NCBI GenBank assembly: GCA_951406725.2
Contig: OX597815.1
Coordinates: 61,318,001 to 61,382,000, forward strand
Length of the DNA: 64,000 nucleotides
Direction: 5' to 3'
Source of the DNA: Octopus vulgaris
Taxonomy: Eukaryota
Shown here: in pieces, positions 12,551-30,217 of the stretch
Position numbering within the stretch: position 1 is the first letter of the stretch
Layout: each line of letters starts with the position of its first letter
Translations under genes and position numbers: made by a program
Notes under the pieces: generated by a model
Databases searched by the model: none
What the model saw: only the letters and a program-made list of their open reading frames with translations
What the model was told of the DNA's origin: nothing

Positions 12551-13202
12551 CTCTACATATATATGTATACATCTGCATATATATTTTATATGTGTATATC
12601 TCTATCTCTGTTTATCTCTATTCTGTCTCTCTCTCTCTCGCTCGCGCGCACACACACACATATGTATATGTCAAATCAAAATTAAAACAAAAGCATGAAA
12701 AACAAGAAAAGTCAAAAGGATATACGCAGTGAATGTATTATGGTTGACGCTCAGAGAAAGTTTAAGATGGTAAAAAGACGGGGTGTAATGTTTCGAGCAT
12801 CATTCTTCGTTAGAAAGAGAAAAGAAGAAAAGGTCCAGAGAGAGCGGGGGGGGGGGAATAGTCTTACAAAAACATGTGTTGTTACATGGCTGAAAAATAA
12901 CTGATCGGAAGTGGAGAAAGATAGAGGAATTGATTTTTAAAGACATGGAAAGTGTAAAAACGCTCATTGTGTACGTCTGTGATATTGTCTGTGTGCATGT
13001 GTGTGTTCATGTGAGTGACGTATGTGTGAAGGAGTGGAGCGAGTAGGTTAGTAGCAGTATAAGATATATATATTATATAATACACATGCATATATAATCA
13101 TCTCTATTTATTGATACATGTGTATACATGCGTGTATATATGTATGTATATGTGTGTGTATGTATGAATGTATGTATATATATATATATATATATATATG
13201 TA

Positions 13203-14404
13203 CTAGCTGAAGGTGACCCGCTCTACGCGCGGGTAAGAGTGTGGTTGTTACTTTCTGTTGCTTCCTTTCAGCACGTAAAAAGCACCATCCGAACGTGGCC
13301 GATGGCAGCGCCGCCTTCACTGGCTTCTGTGCCGGTGGCACGTAAAAAGCACCAACCGATCGTGGCCGCTGCCAGACCCCCTGGCACCTGTGCCGGCGGC
13401 GCGAAAAAGGCACCCACTACGCTCACAGAGTGGTTGGCGTTAGGAAGGGCATCCACCTGTAGAAACACTGCCAGATCAGACTGGAGCCTGGTGCAGCCTC
13501 CTGGCTTCCCAGACCCCGGTCAAACTGTCCTAGCCGTGCTAGCATGGAAAACGGACGTTAAACGACGATGATGATGATGATGATGATGATGATGAATCTC
13601 CCTCTTTGTTTCTCTCTCCTTTCTCTCTCACTTTCCCCACTCTCTTACTCTTCCTTTCTCTCGGACTCTCCCTCGCTTTCTCTTACTCTCTATCTTTATC
13701 TATCTCTCTCCCATTTATAAACAACAAAAGATCTTGAGTAAGTTGGGAAATAAAATATTTAGAAAGATCAATCATAAATATCAGGCAGTAACAACGGAAA
13801 GGTTTGCTTCAAGGCAGACAGCAAAACACTAACATTTAAAAGGGACAGACGAACTTGCGAGCCGAATAAAAATAATAAAATATTGGAAACCAAAGTTTGA
13901 AGGGATAGAATCTGAGGATAGTAGAGTTATCATGGCTGGCATTTCTTAACGACGGACAGCAACGTTTTGACAGTTTAATGGCTGGCGTAAAATTTTGAAC
14001 TTGATGTAAAAGAAAATCCCTAAACACCAAGTTTTTAAGTGATTCTTTCTCACGACAGTAGACGCACCATGGCAAGCATTCAAAACTTCTTCATCATGGA
14101 CGGCAACACATTGACGATGAAAAGGCTGGCGCAAATTTTTAGCTTGATGCAACAGAGAATTCCTAAACACCCGCTCCTTTAAATTTTAATCCCCTTCCAG
14201 CCCCATTTAGACCCCTTTTCACATTTTGGCAAATATAACCCGATTTCATTCGGGTCTACTGGGGCCACATTTTATAAGATGAGGAATTTTGTCCTAGAGG
14301 TCACGCCTTTCATTTGAGGAAAAAAAATAGTTGTCATGCAAACTTGCCAGCACTTTTAACATAGGTGTGCATATTTTCAGCTCAACCGACCACATAATGC
14401 ACAC

Positions 14405-14412
<8 letters not shown>
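13203..14412 (-). mobile_element. Non-autonomous Helitron (interrupted by a SINE at ~13270-13594)
   Basis: Minus-strand 3' end ACCCGCGCGTAGAGCGGGT hairpin ~9 nt before CTAG|T; colinear with inverted copy at 55197-56056, which lacks the insert. Confidence 0.8.
13270..13594 (+). mobile_element. SINE 3' portion with (GAT)n tail, probably RTE-related
   Basis: Absent from the second Helitron copy; three gcacgtaaaaagcacc-like units; ends ggacgttaaacgac(gat)n. Confidence 0.7.
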
Positions 14413-14488
<76 letters not shown>

Positions 14489-14639
14489 GGAGTCTCTGTC
14501 ATACGTGAGCGTTGACGTTGAATTCGACTGGTAAGCAGGTAACCTTGTCTTTGTTGAACTAGTTGTGAGCTGCTGGAGTTATTTCTCTGACGGGTAATAG
14601 GAATTTCCATATCCCCCGAGGAAACGAACTGTTGACCCA

Positions 14640-15532
14640 GACAATTAGAATTAATTTTAATAAAAGCATCAATTTAAGAAAAAATAATAAAGTAGTAAAA
14701 AATGAAAATTTAGCACGAAAAATTTGCAGGGTTCTAAATAAATGTTAAAATGTAATAGATACGAAAAACCTACGTTATCACCAGAACACGAATGCACGTT
14801 GGTGTGTTGTGTTTGTATTTGCTTCATCGGCGCGTTGACAGGCAGACAATAGAATGCGATGGAGATTCATAATATTTGTTGTCATGATTGTGTGTGTTGG
14901 TGATGGCGATGGTAATTCTCTCTATGAATGCAGACAGATACATAGAAGAAGGCCGTTTGACGAAGTGAAAGTAATAGAATAAATATAGACGGCAGAGGTG
15001 GCAGACGTCGTTATATATAGAGAGAAAAGGGATGGAAGGGTAAAAAAGAGAGAGCTCGAGAAAGAAAATGTGATATATGAAAGAGAGGACTGAAAAATGA
15101 AATATTTTGCAATGTAAACATGATTTGTTTTAAGAGAAAGATTGTCATGATTGTGTGTGGTGGTGGTGGTGGTGGTGGTGGCGATGATAATTATCTTTAT
15201 GAATGGAGATAAAGAGAAAGTGAAGGGGAGTTAGAGGTAGAAAGAAAAGGTGTAAATTTTGGAGTGAATCCGACGGGATGTAGTGGCCTTTAACCCCGCC
15301 CAAAAAATAATATCTGTTACGTTTCTGAAAGAGGTGAAGTAGGAATATTTAAACTTTTGCGGCTGTCATTGATAGACTGGTTGCAGAAGAAAGAGAGACG
15401 GCGGAAGTGCCAAACGTCGTTATATATAGGAAAAAGAGTGAGTGAGTGAGGAAGACATATACATAAGTGGTGGCGATGATAATTCTCTCTATGAATGCAG
15501 ACTGACGTAGAGAGAGAGAGAGAGAGAGAGAG

Positions 15533-15572
<40 letters not shown>

Positions 15573-15889
15573 CGCTGTGAGGAAATAGAGTGAGTGAAAA
15601 AGTGATGGGAAGAGAGGAAAGAACTCCGTTTCACGAAGTTATAAATAGAAAGTGAAGGGGAGTTAGAGGGGAAGGGCGTGAGTGAGTGAGGAAGACGGAT
15701 ACATTAAAGAACGTGAGTGGATTTGTCAAAGTGGGTTTTTGGCCCCTGGAAACGACACCTTTTAAGATAGGGGTCGTCACCTCATTTTACATGTCCTTGT
15801 AAATTTTGGAGTGAATCGGACGGGATGTAGTGGCATTGAAAGCGATCCAAGCGGTAAAAACGCATTTCAGTTTTATATATATATATATA

Positions 15890-15890
<1 letters not shown>
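14640..15890 (-). mobile_element. Non-autonomous Helitron-like repeat with internal duplications
   Basis: Homologous to 52230-52680 (ctccaaaatttaca.ggacatgtaaaatgaggtga); TATATATAAAA-type 5' end; 3' terminus not identified. Confidence 0.6.
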
Positions 15891-15921
<31 letters not shown>

Positions 15922-15925
<4 letters not shown>

Positions 15926-16289
15926 CGCAGGAGTGGCTGTGTGGTAAGTAGCTTGCTAACCAACCACACGGTTGCGGGTTCAGTCCCACTGCGTGGCATC
16001 TTGGGCAAGTGTCTTCTGCTATAGCCCCGGACCGACCAATGCCTTGTGAGTGGATTTGGTAGACGGAAACTGAAAGAAGCCTGTCGTATATATGTATATA
16101 TATGTATATGTGTGTGTGTTTGTGTGTCTGTGTTTGTCCCCCTAGCATTGCTTGACAACCGATGCTGGTGTGTTTACGTCCCCGTCACTTAGCGGTTTGG
16201 CAAAAAAGAGACCGATAGAATAAGTACTAAAAGGTGGTGCTCCAGCATGGCCGCAGTCAAATGACTGAAACAAGTAAAAGAGTAAAAGA

Positions 16290-16290
<1 letters not shown>
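15922..16290 (+). mobile_element. tRNA-derived SINE, family A (near full length)
   Basis: A box tggctgtgtgg, B-box-like ggttcagtcc, CORE-like ttgggcaagt, internal TA/TG microsatellite, LINE-like tail and (GTAAAAGA) end. Confidence 0.85.
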
Positions 16291-16327
<37 letters not shown>

Positions 16328-16463
16328 CTCTGTATTGCGTGGTGTGCTTTAATGCAAATACCCTGACCAGAATTTTTCGACCCAGGGTTCAGTTAAGCAT
16401 TCTATTCCTGTATTCTTGGTGTGTTAAATTGTTTTAAAAAAAGTAAAGACAGGCTACATTGCA

Positions 16464-16511
<48 letters not shown>

Positions 16512-16900
16512 AAAAAGTAAAACCAAACGTTGAAATTTTGAATGCATTCTGGTAGTTATGTAAAATAACCCTTACATACTACAATGTTTTTTTCAATCAA
16601 ACAGTTCATATTTTGAAATGTCTAACACAATGCGCATACGTGTAATATATGCATACATACATACCAACATACATACATACATAAAGATATGCATACAACC
16701 ATACACACAGACTGACAATGATTCGACAGACAGACAACTGTCAGACAGACAGCAGACAAACATAAATTTCCAATATACACAAAATATGTCTCCACAGATA
16801 AGCAGAACGATAGATAGATTGAAGATAAAAAAATATATATGTAGTCATAAGTTTCTATTTGTTTGCATATACACACAGAGACATGCATGTATATGTGTGT

Positions 16901-16958
<58 letters not shown>

Positions 16959-17839
16959 GTTTGTGTGTGCGCGTGTGTTTGTGTGTGTATGTATGTGTGT
17001 ATGCCTGTTATATGCATCAGCGATGATGTATGCGCGTGTGTGTGAGCGCGCTTTTATGTTTATGTGTGTATCTAAATTCGTCTATGCAATCACAAGAGCC
17101 ATCATTTCCGTCTCTCCCCCACTCTTTCTTACACCTTCTCTCTTTCTCTCTCTTCCGCTTTATACACACACACACACGCATACACAAAGTGTGTATGTGT
17201 AATGTGTGGATATATTTGTGCTCATTTGTATACGCAAGTATATATATGTATGCATGTGTATATATATATATATATCACGCAAATGTGCGTACATGAGTGG
17301 GTGTATATAGTGTGAAGTACTGCAGGAGCCCACGGTGAAACCAACTTGAGTGTTTGGTGATGCAGAACTGAACTTAATTTTTTCTGGCAGTCTGCTTCCA
17401 GTAATAGATGGAAGACATTGATGGTAAAGATGGGGTTGGTGGGTGATGACGGAGATAGCTATGGTGGTGGTAGTGGTGGAAGTAAAATAAGATGAAGGAG
17501 CTAGTGATATTGTGGTGGAGTAGATAATGGTAGTCATAGTGGTGGAGATGGGGATAAGTTTGGTGGGGTGCAAATGGCGGTGTTGATTGTGGTTTCGTGT
17601 TTGTAGCGGTGGGAATTTGTGCTGGTGGCGATGGTGATGGTGCTGGGGTCGACGGCGGAGAGAGTAGAATGTGTGTGTGTGTGTGTGTGTAGGTCGCGCT
17701 TGTGGTTTCCATACTAATTGGTGATTGTATAGGTTCTTGTTGCAGTGGTGGAGGGAAATGTTGGGTAGTACATAGTTATAGTGTTGTTGTTTGTGGTGGT
17801 TGGTGGTAGAAGTGGTAGTGGGGAATGATATACCGTTTT

Positions 17840-17844
17840 GTCTC

Positions 17845-17903
<59 letters not shown>

Positions 17904-19300
17904 CTAGTAGTTTGGTGGTGGTGGTGATGGGGGTGCTGGTGACGACTGTACTGTTTGTGACATTGAAAATAACAGCAGTGGTGGCGTTGATGGTGGTTGT
18001 CATGGTATTGTTGAGTGTTGCTATAGTAACGGATGTAGTGTTGAATGATTATTGTGGTGTAGCGTTGTGATGGCGTGATGTGCTGTAGTGTGATAAATGA
18101 AGGCGGTCTGTAGTGGTGGTGGTGGTGTTGAGTGGTAGAAGTGATGGAATTGATAGGGATGAGGTGGGGACTGTATGGTGGTGGTGGTGGTGATGGGGGT
18201 GATGGTGGTTGTGGTGGTGGTGGTGGTGGTGGTGATGGTGGTGGTGGTTGTGGTGGTTTTGGTGGTGGTGGTAGTGGTGGTGGTGGTGATGGTGGTGGTG
18301 GTGGTGGTGGTGGTGGTGGTGGTGGTGGTGGTGGTGGTGATGTTGGTGGTGGTGATGGTGGTAGTTGTGGTGGTGGTTGTGTTGGTGGTGGTGGTGGTGG
18401 TGGTGGTGGTGGTGGTGGTGGTGATAGTGGTGGTTGTGGTGGTGGTGGTGGTTTTGGTGGTGGTGGTGGTGATGGTGGTGGTGGTGGTGGTGGTGGTGAT
18501 GGTGGTGGTGGTGACGTTGGTGGTGACGTTGGTGGTGATGGTGGTGGTTGTGGTGGTGGTGATGGTGGTGATGGTGGTGGTTGTGGTGATGGTGGTGGTG
18601 ATGGTGGTGATGGTGGTGGTGGTGATGGTGGTGGTGGTGATGGTGGTGATGGTGGTGATGTTGGTGGTAGTGATGGTGATGGTGGTGGTGGTGATGGTGG
18701 TGATGTTGGTGGTGATGGTGGTAGTTGTGGTGGTGGTTGTGTTGGTGGTGGTGGTGGTGGTGGTGGTGGTGGTGGTGGTGATGTTGGTGGTGATAGTGGT
18801 GGTTGTGGTGGTGGTGGTGGTTTTGGTGGTGGTGGTGGTGATGGTGGTGGTGGTGATGGTGGTGATGTTGGTGGTGATGGTGGTGGTTGTGGTAGTGGTG
18901 GTGGTTTAGGTGGTGGTGGTGGTGATGGTGGTGATGGTGGTGGTGGTGATGTGGTGGTGGTGGTGGTGGTGGTGGTGGTGGTGGTGGTGGTGGTTTTGGT
19001 GGTGGTGGTGGTGATGGTGGTGGTGATGGTGGTGGTGATGGTGGTGATGGTGGTGGTGGTGGTGATGGTGGTGGTGGTGGTGGTGATGGTGATGGTTGTG
19101 GTGGTGATGGTGGTGGTGGTGATGGTGGTGATGTTGGTGGTGGTGATGGTGATGGTGGTGGTGATGGTGGTGATGTTGGTGGTGATGGTGGTGGTTGTGG
19201 TGGTGGTGGTGGTTTTGGTGATGGTGGTGGTGATGGTGGTGGTGATGGTGGTGGTGATGGTGGTGATGGTGGTGGTTGTGGTGGTGGTGGTGGTGGTAAC
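17840..19300. repeat. (TAG)n and long degenerate (GGT/GAT)n array
   Basis: Directly visible; explains the poly-P/H/T/G/V ORFs. Confidence 0.95.
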
Positions 19301-19754
19301 GTTTCTTGCTTGACAGAGACGGCGGTGATATTGGTGTTGATGGAAATGCAATGGCGGTCGAATACAGTTACATTGGTTTTGTGGACTATTGTATTAGCCG
19401 CAGTCAAAGTGTTGGTGATAGTATTGGTGGTAGTGCTTGTGGTGATAATGTTAGTGGTAGTGTTGTTTAGCTGAAACGTATGAACTATGTTGTTGAAACT
19501 CAAAGTGTTAAATATATTCGCTGTCTTGTTTTGTTTTTTCTTTGTCTTTTTTTTTACAGGAACCAACTTTACCATGTGTTGTCGTCGATGATGTTAGTTG
19601 TAGCGGTAGTGGTGGTCGCTGTGGTGATTGACGAAACATTGTTGTTTTTGTTGTTGTTGTTGTTGCTGTTCTTGTCACGTAAACATTTTGAAGTTTCGTG
19701 GTTCGTGATGTGTTTGTTGATAAGAGATCAAATAACAACAACTACTACAACGAA

Positions 19755-19789
<35 letters not shown>

Positions 19790-19904
19790 AAGATATATAA
19801 ATTGCCATACCGAATACGACAGCAACATTTTGTACGTATTTCAGAAATAAAGACATAACAACAACAACAACAACAACAACAACGATGACAATGATAATAA
19901 TAAA

Positions 19905-20190
19905 AATCCTTTCTTCAATAGGCGCAAGGCCTGAAATTTTGTGGGAGGAGGATAGTCGATTAGAAATAATAGTAATAATAATAATATCAAAATTTGGCTC
20001 AAGCCCAGCCAGATCGGGGTGGGGATAAGTTAATTACATCGACCCCTGTGTTCAACGGGTATTTATTGTATCAACCCCGGAAAGATGAAAGGCAAAGTCG
20101 ACAGCAGCGGAATTTGAACTCAGAACGTAAAGACGGATGAAATGCCGCTAAGCATTTTGCCCGGCTTGCTAATGAGTCAGCCAGCTGGCA
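19905..20190 (-). mobile_element. tRNA-derived SINE, family B
   Basis: Reverse complement of the 11012-11432 family; further copies at ~26605-26785, 31350-31515, 31720-31850, 31900-32115, 32960-33218, 39950-40135, 46535-46685, 47005-47150. Confidence 0.8.
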
Positions 20191-20194
20191 GCTT

Positions 20195-25695
<5,501 letters not shown>

Positions 25696-26114
25696 GTATA
25701 GCCAATTTTATTGAGAAATCCTTTAAGGAATCGGTGTATCGATTTTTATTTTATCCTGATTAAATGAAAAACCCCATAAAGAATCAGTTTATTGATTTTT
25801 CACCCCAAATAGGACTTAACCGAACACAATATTGCTGATTTAAAAACATCTATATTTATACTTTAAAGTTGGTTTTCACACCCAACCCAGTTCTGCAGAA
25901 TCAGTATCGCGAGGGGAACGCATGAGTCGGGAGTTTGATCGGCAGAGGTGATCAGGTTGCACATGCCAGCCCTTTGAAAACACGACCCCCATCATCTAAC
26001 CCTCATTTACCTATGGTTTGGGAACACTTCAAGCAAGGAAAATAGAATGCTCAAAATGGCTCCCGCTTCTCTGTGTCAGAAGCAGTTATGTTCAGATCAC
26101 AGCCAACTCTTAAG

Positions 26115-26145
<31 letters not shown>

Positions 26146-26229
26146 GCAACACACACTCACACACACACACACATACACACACGTACGTACGTACGTACAC
26201 CTATTGCATACATGTCTTTTGTACGCATA

Positions 26230-26585
26230 CATGTTCGTGTGTGTAAGTGTGTGTGTTGCCCGTATATCAACAAAACACTTTTTTCCTCGATGGAAAAAAA
26301 TAACAACAAAAGTCTTAACAGAAACTTACTCGTCGCTAGAAGGGGACTTAAACAATGGTGATTTCTCCGACTTTAAAATTGTTAAAAGTTTTGGTGGAAA
26401 ATTTATTTTTATTGCTATTCGCTGGTACCTCTGGGGGAAATATGTTGACGAAAATACAGCTAGGATCATGACGGATGTCCTCCTAAAATTGGAGCGACTT
26501 GCGTGCTAATTTGTGGTCGTACATAAATTACATTCACGTACACACACACGCACACACACACATCCTACCTTTTATATATACAGAT
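26230..26585 (-). mobile_element. Helitron-like 5' fragment
   Basis: Minus strand begins A|TCTGTATATATAAAAG followed by TG microsatellite. Confidence 0.4.
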
Positions 26586-27974
26586 GATGATGATGCTGAT
26601 GTCGATCCTTTCTACTATAAACAGAAGGCCTGAGATTTTTCTGGGTTCGGGCGAGTCGATTACATCGACCGCAGTGCCCGATTGGCATTTATTTTTATTG
26701 ACCCAGAAAAGATAAAGGCAAAGTCGACTTTGGCGGAATTTGAACGCGGAACGTAAAGATTTTGTAAAAATGCGGCTAGGCATTTTGGGTAAATTTGGGT
26801 AAATTGGGTAAATCTTTCTCTCAATTTTGCTCCTGTTGATGCCCTTGATAACGGATGCGTTGTTGTTATTGTTGTTCCTGATTGTTGTGGTCACGTGATG
26901 GTTGTTGTTTTGCTGTTGCCATTGATCCAACGAAAGAAAACTGTCGTTTTTAATCGAAAGGGTGTTCACTCCATTCGTTCTTTCTGTTTCCCGGAATTTT
27001 CTGCAACAAGTCTCCCCGCTCCCTTTGTCACAACATGATAAAGCATTAAAACAATTTACCAACAAATATTTTCAACTGGGATCAATCACATATTGGGGTG
27101 GGGATCTGAATGTACACACACATCTCTCCACACACTCACTTAGACGACAACATCAACGACTACGCAGTAATATACAATGATATGCGAGAACTGTTTGCGC
27201 TATTGGACAATTCTTCCTCAAATCCCTTCCCCTCACTCGTCACTATAAAACAGACACTTAAGATTACATTGTCTAGGTTATCCAATTTCTGAAATAAGAT
27301 GGGATAGTCACGTCTGGAATACCTTTTAATTACAGGTCTACTCTGACTGAGAGCCAAAGAATCTCATTTGCGAATACCTTACAACAACCGCTTTTAACAC
27401 CTGACCTTTTTTTTTTTTTTTTTTTCACAGTCTTGCAGTTATTTTTGTTGCTGTTTCAGAAATGCTAGCAGTACTTTTCGTTTATCTTTGAGATTATTTT
27501 CCACCTTAGAAATGCAATTTTGAAGAAAGGGATATACTTCCTTTTCTTATCCATTACTTCATTTTCATTGACTTCGTTTCTCTTTCCGATTTTTGGCGGG
27601 GTGGGAGCGGCTTTATATATTTTTGGTAGTTTATTTTTTTCCGTCTTCTCACCGAATCCATAAATTCCACAAAAAAAAACCATCAAACAAAAGCAATCCA
27701 CCTCAAACAAATATATCACACAAATAAAGCATACAAATACATGATATAATTGTATCATATGAATATATCATAGCAAGCTATATATCATACAATCAATCAT
27801 ACAAATATATCACACAACTGCATCGCGCAAATATATCTTAGCTATCATTTATATATATATATCTTTGTATCAGAAAAATTTATCAATCAAATTTATCCTT
27901 CATTTGTGTCATACAAATTTATAGAATTTCTCAACTTTTTCAATTTCTTTGGTATTAACTCTGTTATCATAGAG

Positions 27975-28385
27975 TAATGCGAAGTCTATGGTCTTACACT
28001 GTTTCTCTGGTCCTCTATAACCATATCCGGTCATCTTGCTTCAAAAGTATGGTCACTCTTTATGAAAAGATCCCATAAAATTCTAAAGTTATCATTCACC
28101 ATCACAGCCTTTTGTTCTTGCTCATACCAGTTCTGTAGAAGTTGCACACTCAGCTAACATCCTAATGCACTCTTTTACTATCACATTTACGCCAACGCTT
28201 ATACCGCTTTTGTGCACGCTTACTGCATTAACTCAAAAGATGGTTAATACTTTCGACTCCGTTTCCACAGAATATGCGTTTGTTCTTTGAGTCTCATCAA
28301 TTTTTGTCTTTATCAAATTCGTTCTAATGGCTTGATTCTCGACGGCCATAATTTGTGATCCGCTGATACCAATTAGTGATAGTAA
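27975..28385 (-). pseudogene. Decayed RLE-type (R4-like) LINE C-terminal fragment
   Basis: IMAVENQAIRTNLIKTKID and ILWD...PDMVI motifs with stops. Confidence 0.65.
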
Positions 28386-28399
28386 GCAATGCACATTCA

Positions 28400-28459
<60 letters not shown>

Positions 28460-28462
<3 letters not shown>

Positions 28463-28620
28463 GCGTGGCTATGTAGTAAGAAGCTTGCTTCCAATCACAT
28501 GGTTCTGGGTTCAGTCCCACTGCATGGAATCTCGGGTACGTGTTTTCTACTATAGCTTCAGGCAGACCAAAGCCTTGTGAGTGGATTTGGTTGACGGAAA
28601 CTGAAAGAAGCCTACCGTAT
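28460..28620 (+). mobile_element. tRNA-derived SINE, family A (5' part)
   Basis: Homologous to 15922-16090; more decayed copies at ~34225-34345, 38108-38262, 44840-45030, 46298-46400, 47365-47665, 51700-51800. Confidence 0.8.
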
Positions 28621-28649
28621 ATTTATACATTTACCACTTTGAGTCCATA

Positions 28650-29624
28650 TGTGATATCTCTTGCATTCACATAATTTTTATCATCATTCTATTCTTCAGC
28701 ATCTTTTTCAAGAAAAGTGCAAGGTACCTCTAGGATTTCCAAGAATCTTTTTGCGTTGGCAGTAACCAAATCCTGCAGTTGTTTCTGCCTAGCTGATTCA
28801 GGATTTATTGATGCTCATTTTCTCGGTTTTGAGTCAACTGGTTTTTGCAGAGCATACTTCATTTCGTTTATTGTCTCATACGAAAAAGCTGAATAAAAAA
28901 ATGCAAGCGTCACAAGCTCGTCAGAGAGGTACCACACATGTTTCAAAAACCTATTGAGTGCAGCACTTGTCACCCTTTTGCGTATAGAGCAGTAGACTTT
29001 GCAAATCTAAACGGGAGACGCATGAAGAAATGGATGCCAGGTACCATGATCTGATGTATATCGCAGCTGAAAAGCAGCAAACCTCTCAGTCTTTTTTCCT
29101 CCCTCTCAGTTTAAACTGAGATTTAAACATCCAAATTTTAATGTTTGGCCATCCATCATGTTCTGTGATAAGCTTCGGGTGCTTTCAAGCTGATTCCTGA
29201 TTTTGGGGGTACTACTGAGAAAAATGAGCGTTAGTCGAGCAATTCCTTGTAGTCATCACGATGCTGCTATTCATCAAGCTGGGCTTGAGCAAATTGAATG
29301 ATTCCTTCAGCATCTGAAATTTTCACTGCAATGTTAGGGTCATCTGGTGGTGTTTGGTACTTGTTCTTGTCAATTTCCACCCACTTAGCTTTGAATCTCT
29401 TAAACAGTTGTGTGTCAGGGCCAGTAGAAGATGGCAAGGAGACAGAAATGTACAATAAATACAAACTAAAAAATAATAATATACAAAATGTTCAGTGGAT
29501 GGTAGCAACCTCTAAAATGTCTTCAATTGCGCTGAAATGTTACATGTTGCGTTTTTGCACTGAATTAAATAAAATTAGAGGGTGTCTTCAAGTTTTTGAA
29601 ATGGTAAGTTATTTTGCATCACCC
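28650..29624 (-). pseudogene. DNA transposase relic, probably Sola-like
   Basis: STGPDTQLFKRFKAKW, RDDYKELL, WMAK, KHVWYLSDELVTLAFF motifs; possible terminus ATTA|GGGTGATGC; superfamily assigned from memory. Confidence 0.6.
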
Positions 29625-29778
29625 TAATATATATGTATATATATATATATATATTGTTATATTTCGGGTTAATTTCTTTTTGTCAAATGAACACACGCAC
29701 TGTATATTCGTTCTTCACTCGTTTATTACTGTTCTTTATTTATGTCCATTTATCTTATGTTCATATTCACACAAATAT

Positions 29779-29831
<53 letters not shown>

Positions 29832-30166
29832 GTGAGTAGTATAGTTTTCCAGAAGTATTGGATAATGTACATATAAATGTTCTAAATATTTTTTAAAACT
29901 GAAACGAAGAAAATTATAAAAGTTAATAATACTGGTAGATAGTTAGAACTATTACCAGGTATTTAAATATTTCCCGCGCACTTACATTAATTTAGCATTA
30001 AACTGAAGATTACTCTATACGTTTTAGTTGAGTATATGTTTATATACTTTCACACAAAAAAAAACCGAAAGATGACAGTAACTTCGAACGACCGGTTTTC
30101 TCACCTTCATCAGACTGTATGTGTGTGTGTGTATCTATCTATCCATATATGTTTATATAATATATT

Positions 30167-30217
<51 letters not shown>

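Noticed and set aside
17714-19575. Extensin-like, poly-His and Gly-rich ORFs of 240-545 aa
   Set aside because: Open in several frames on both strands because the GGT array lacks stops; no coding signature.
26565-27065. 166 aa minus-strand ORF with Q/N runs
   Set aside because: Non-ATG start, runs into a SINE, no recognisable domain.
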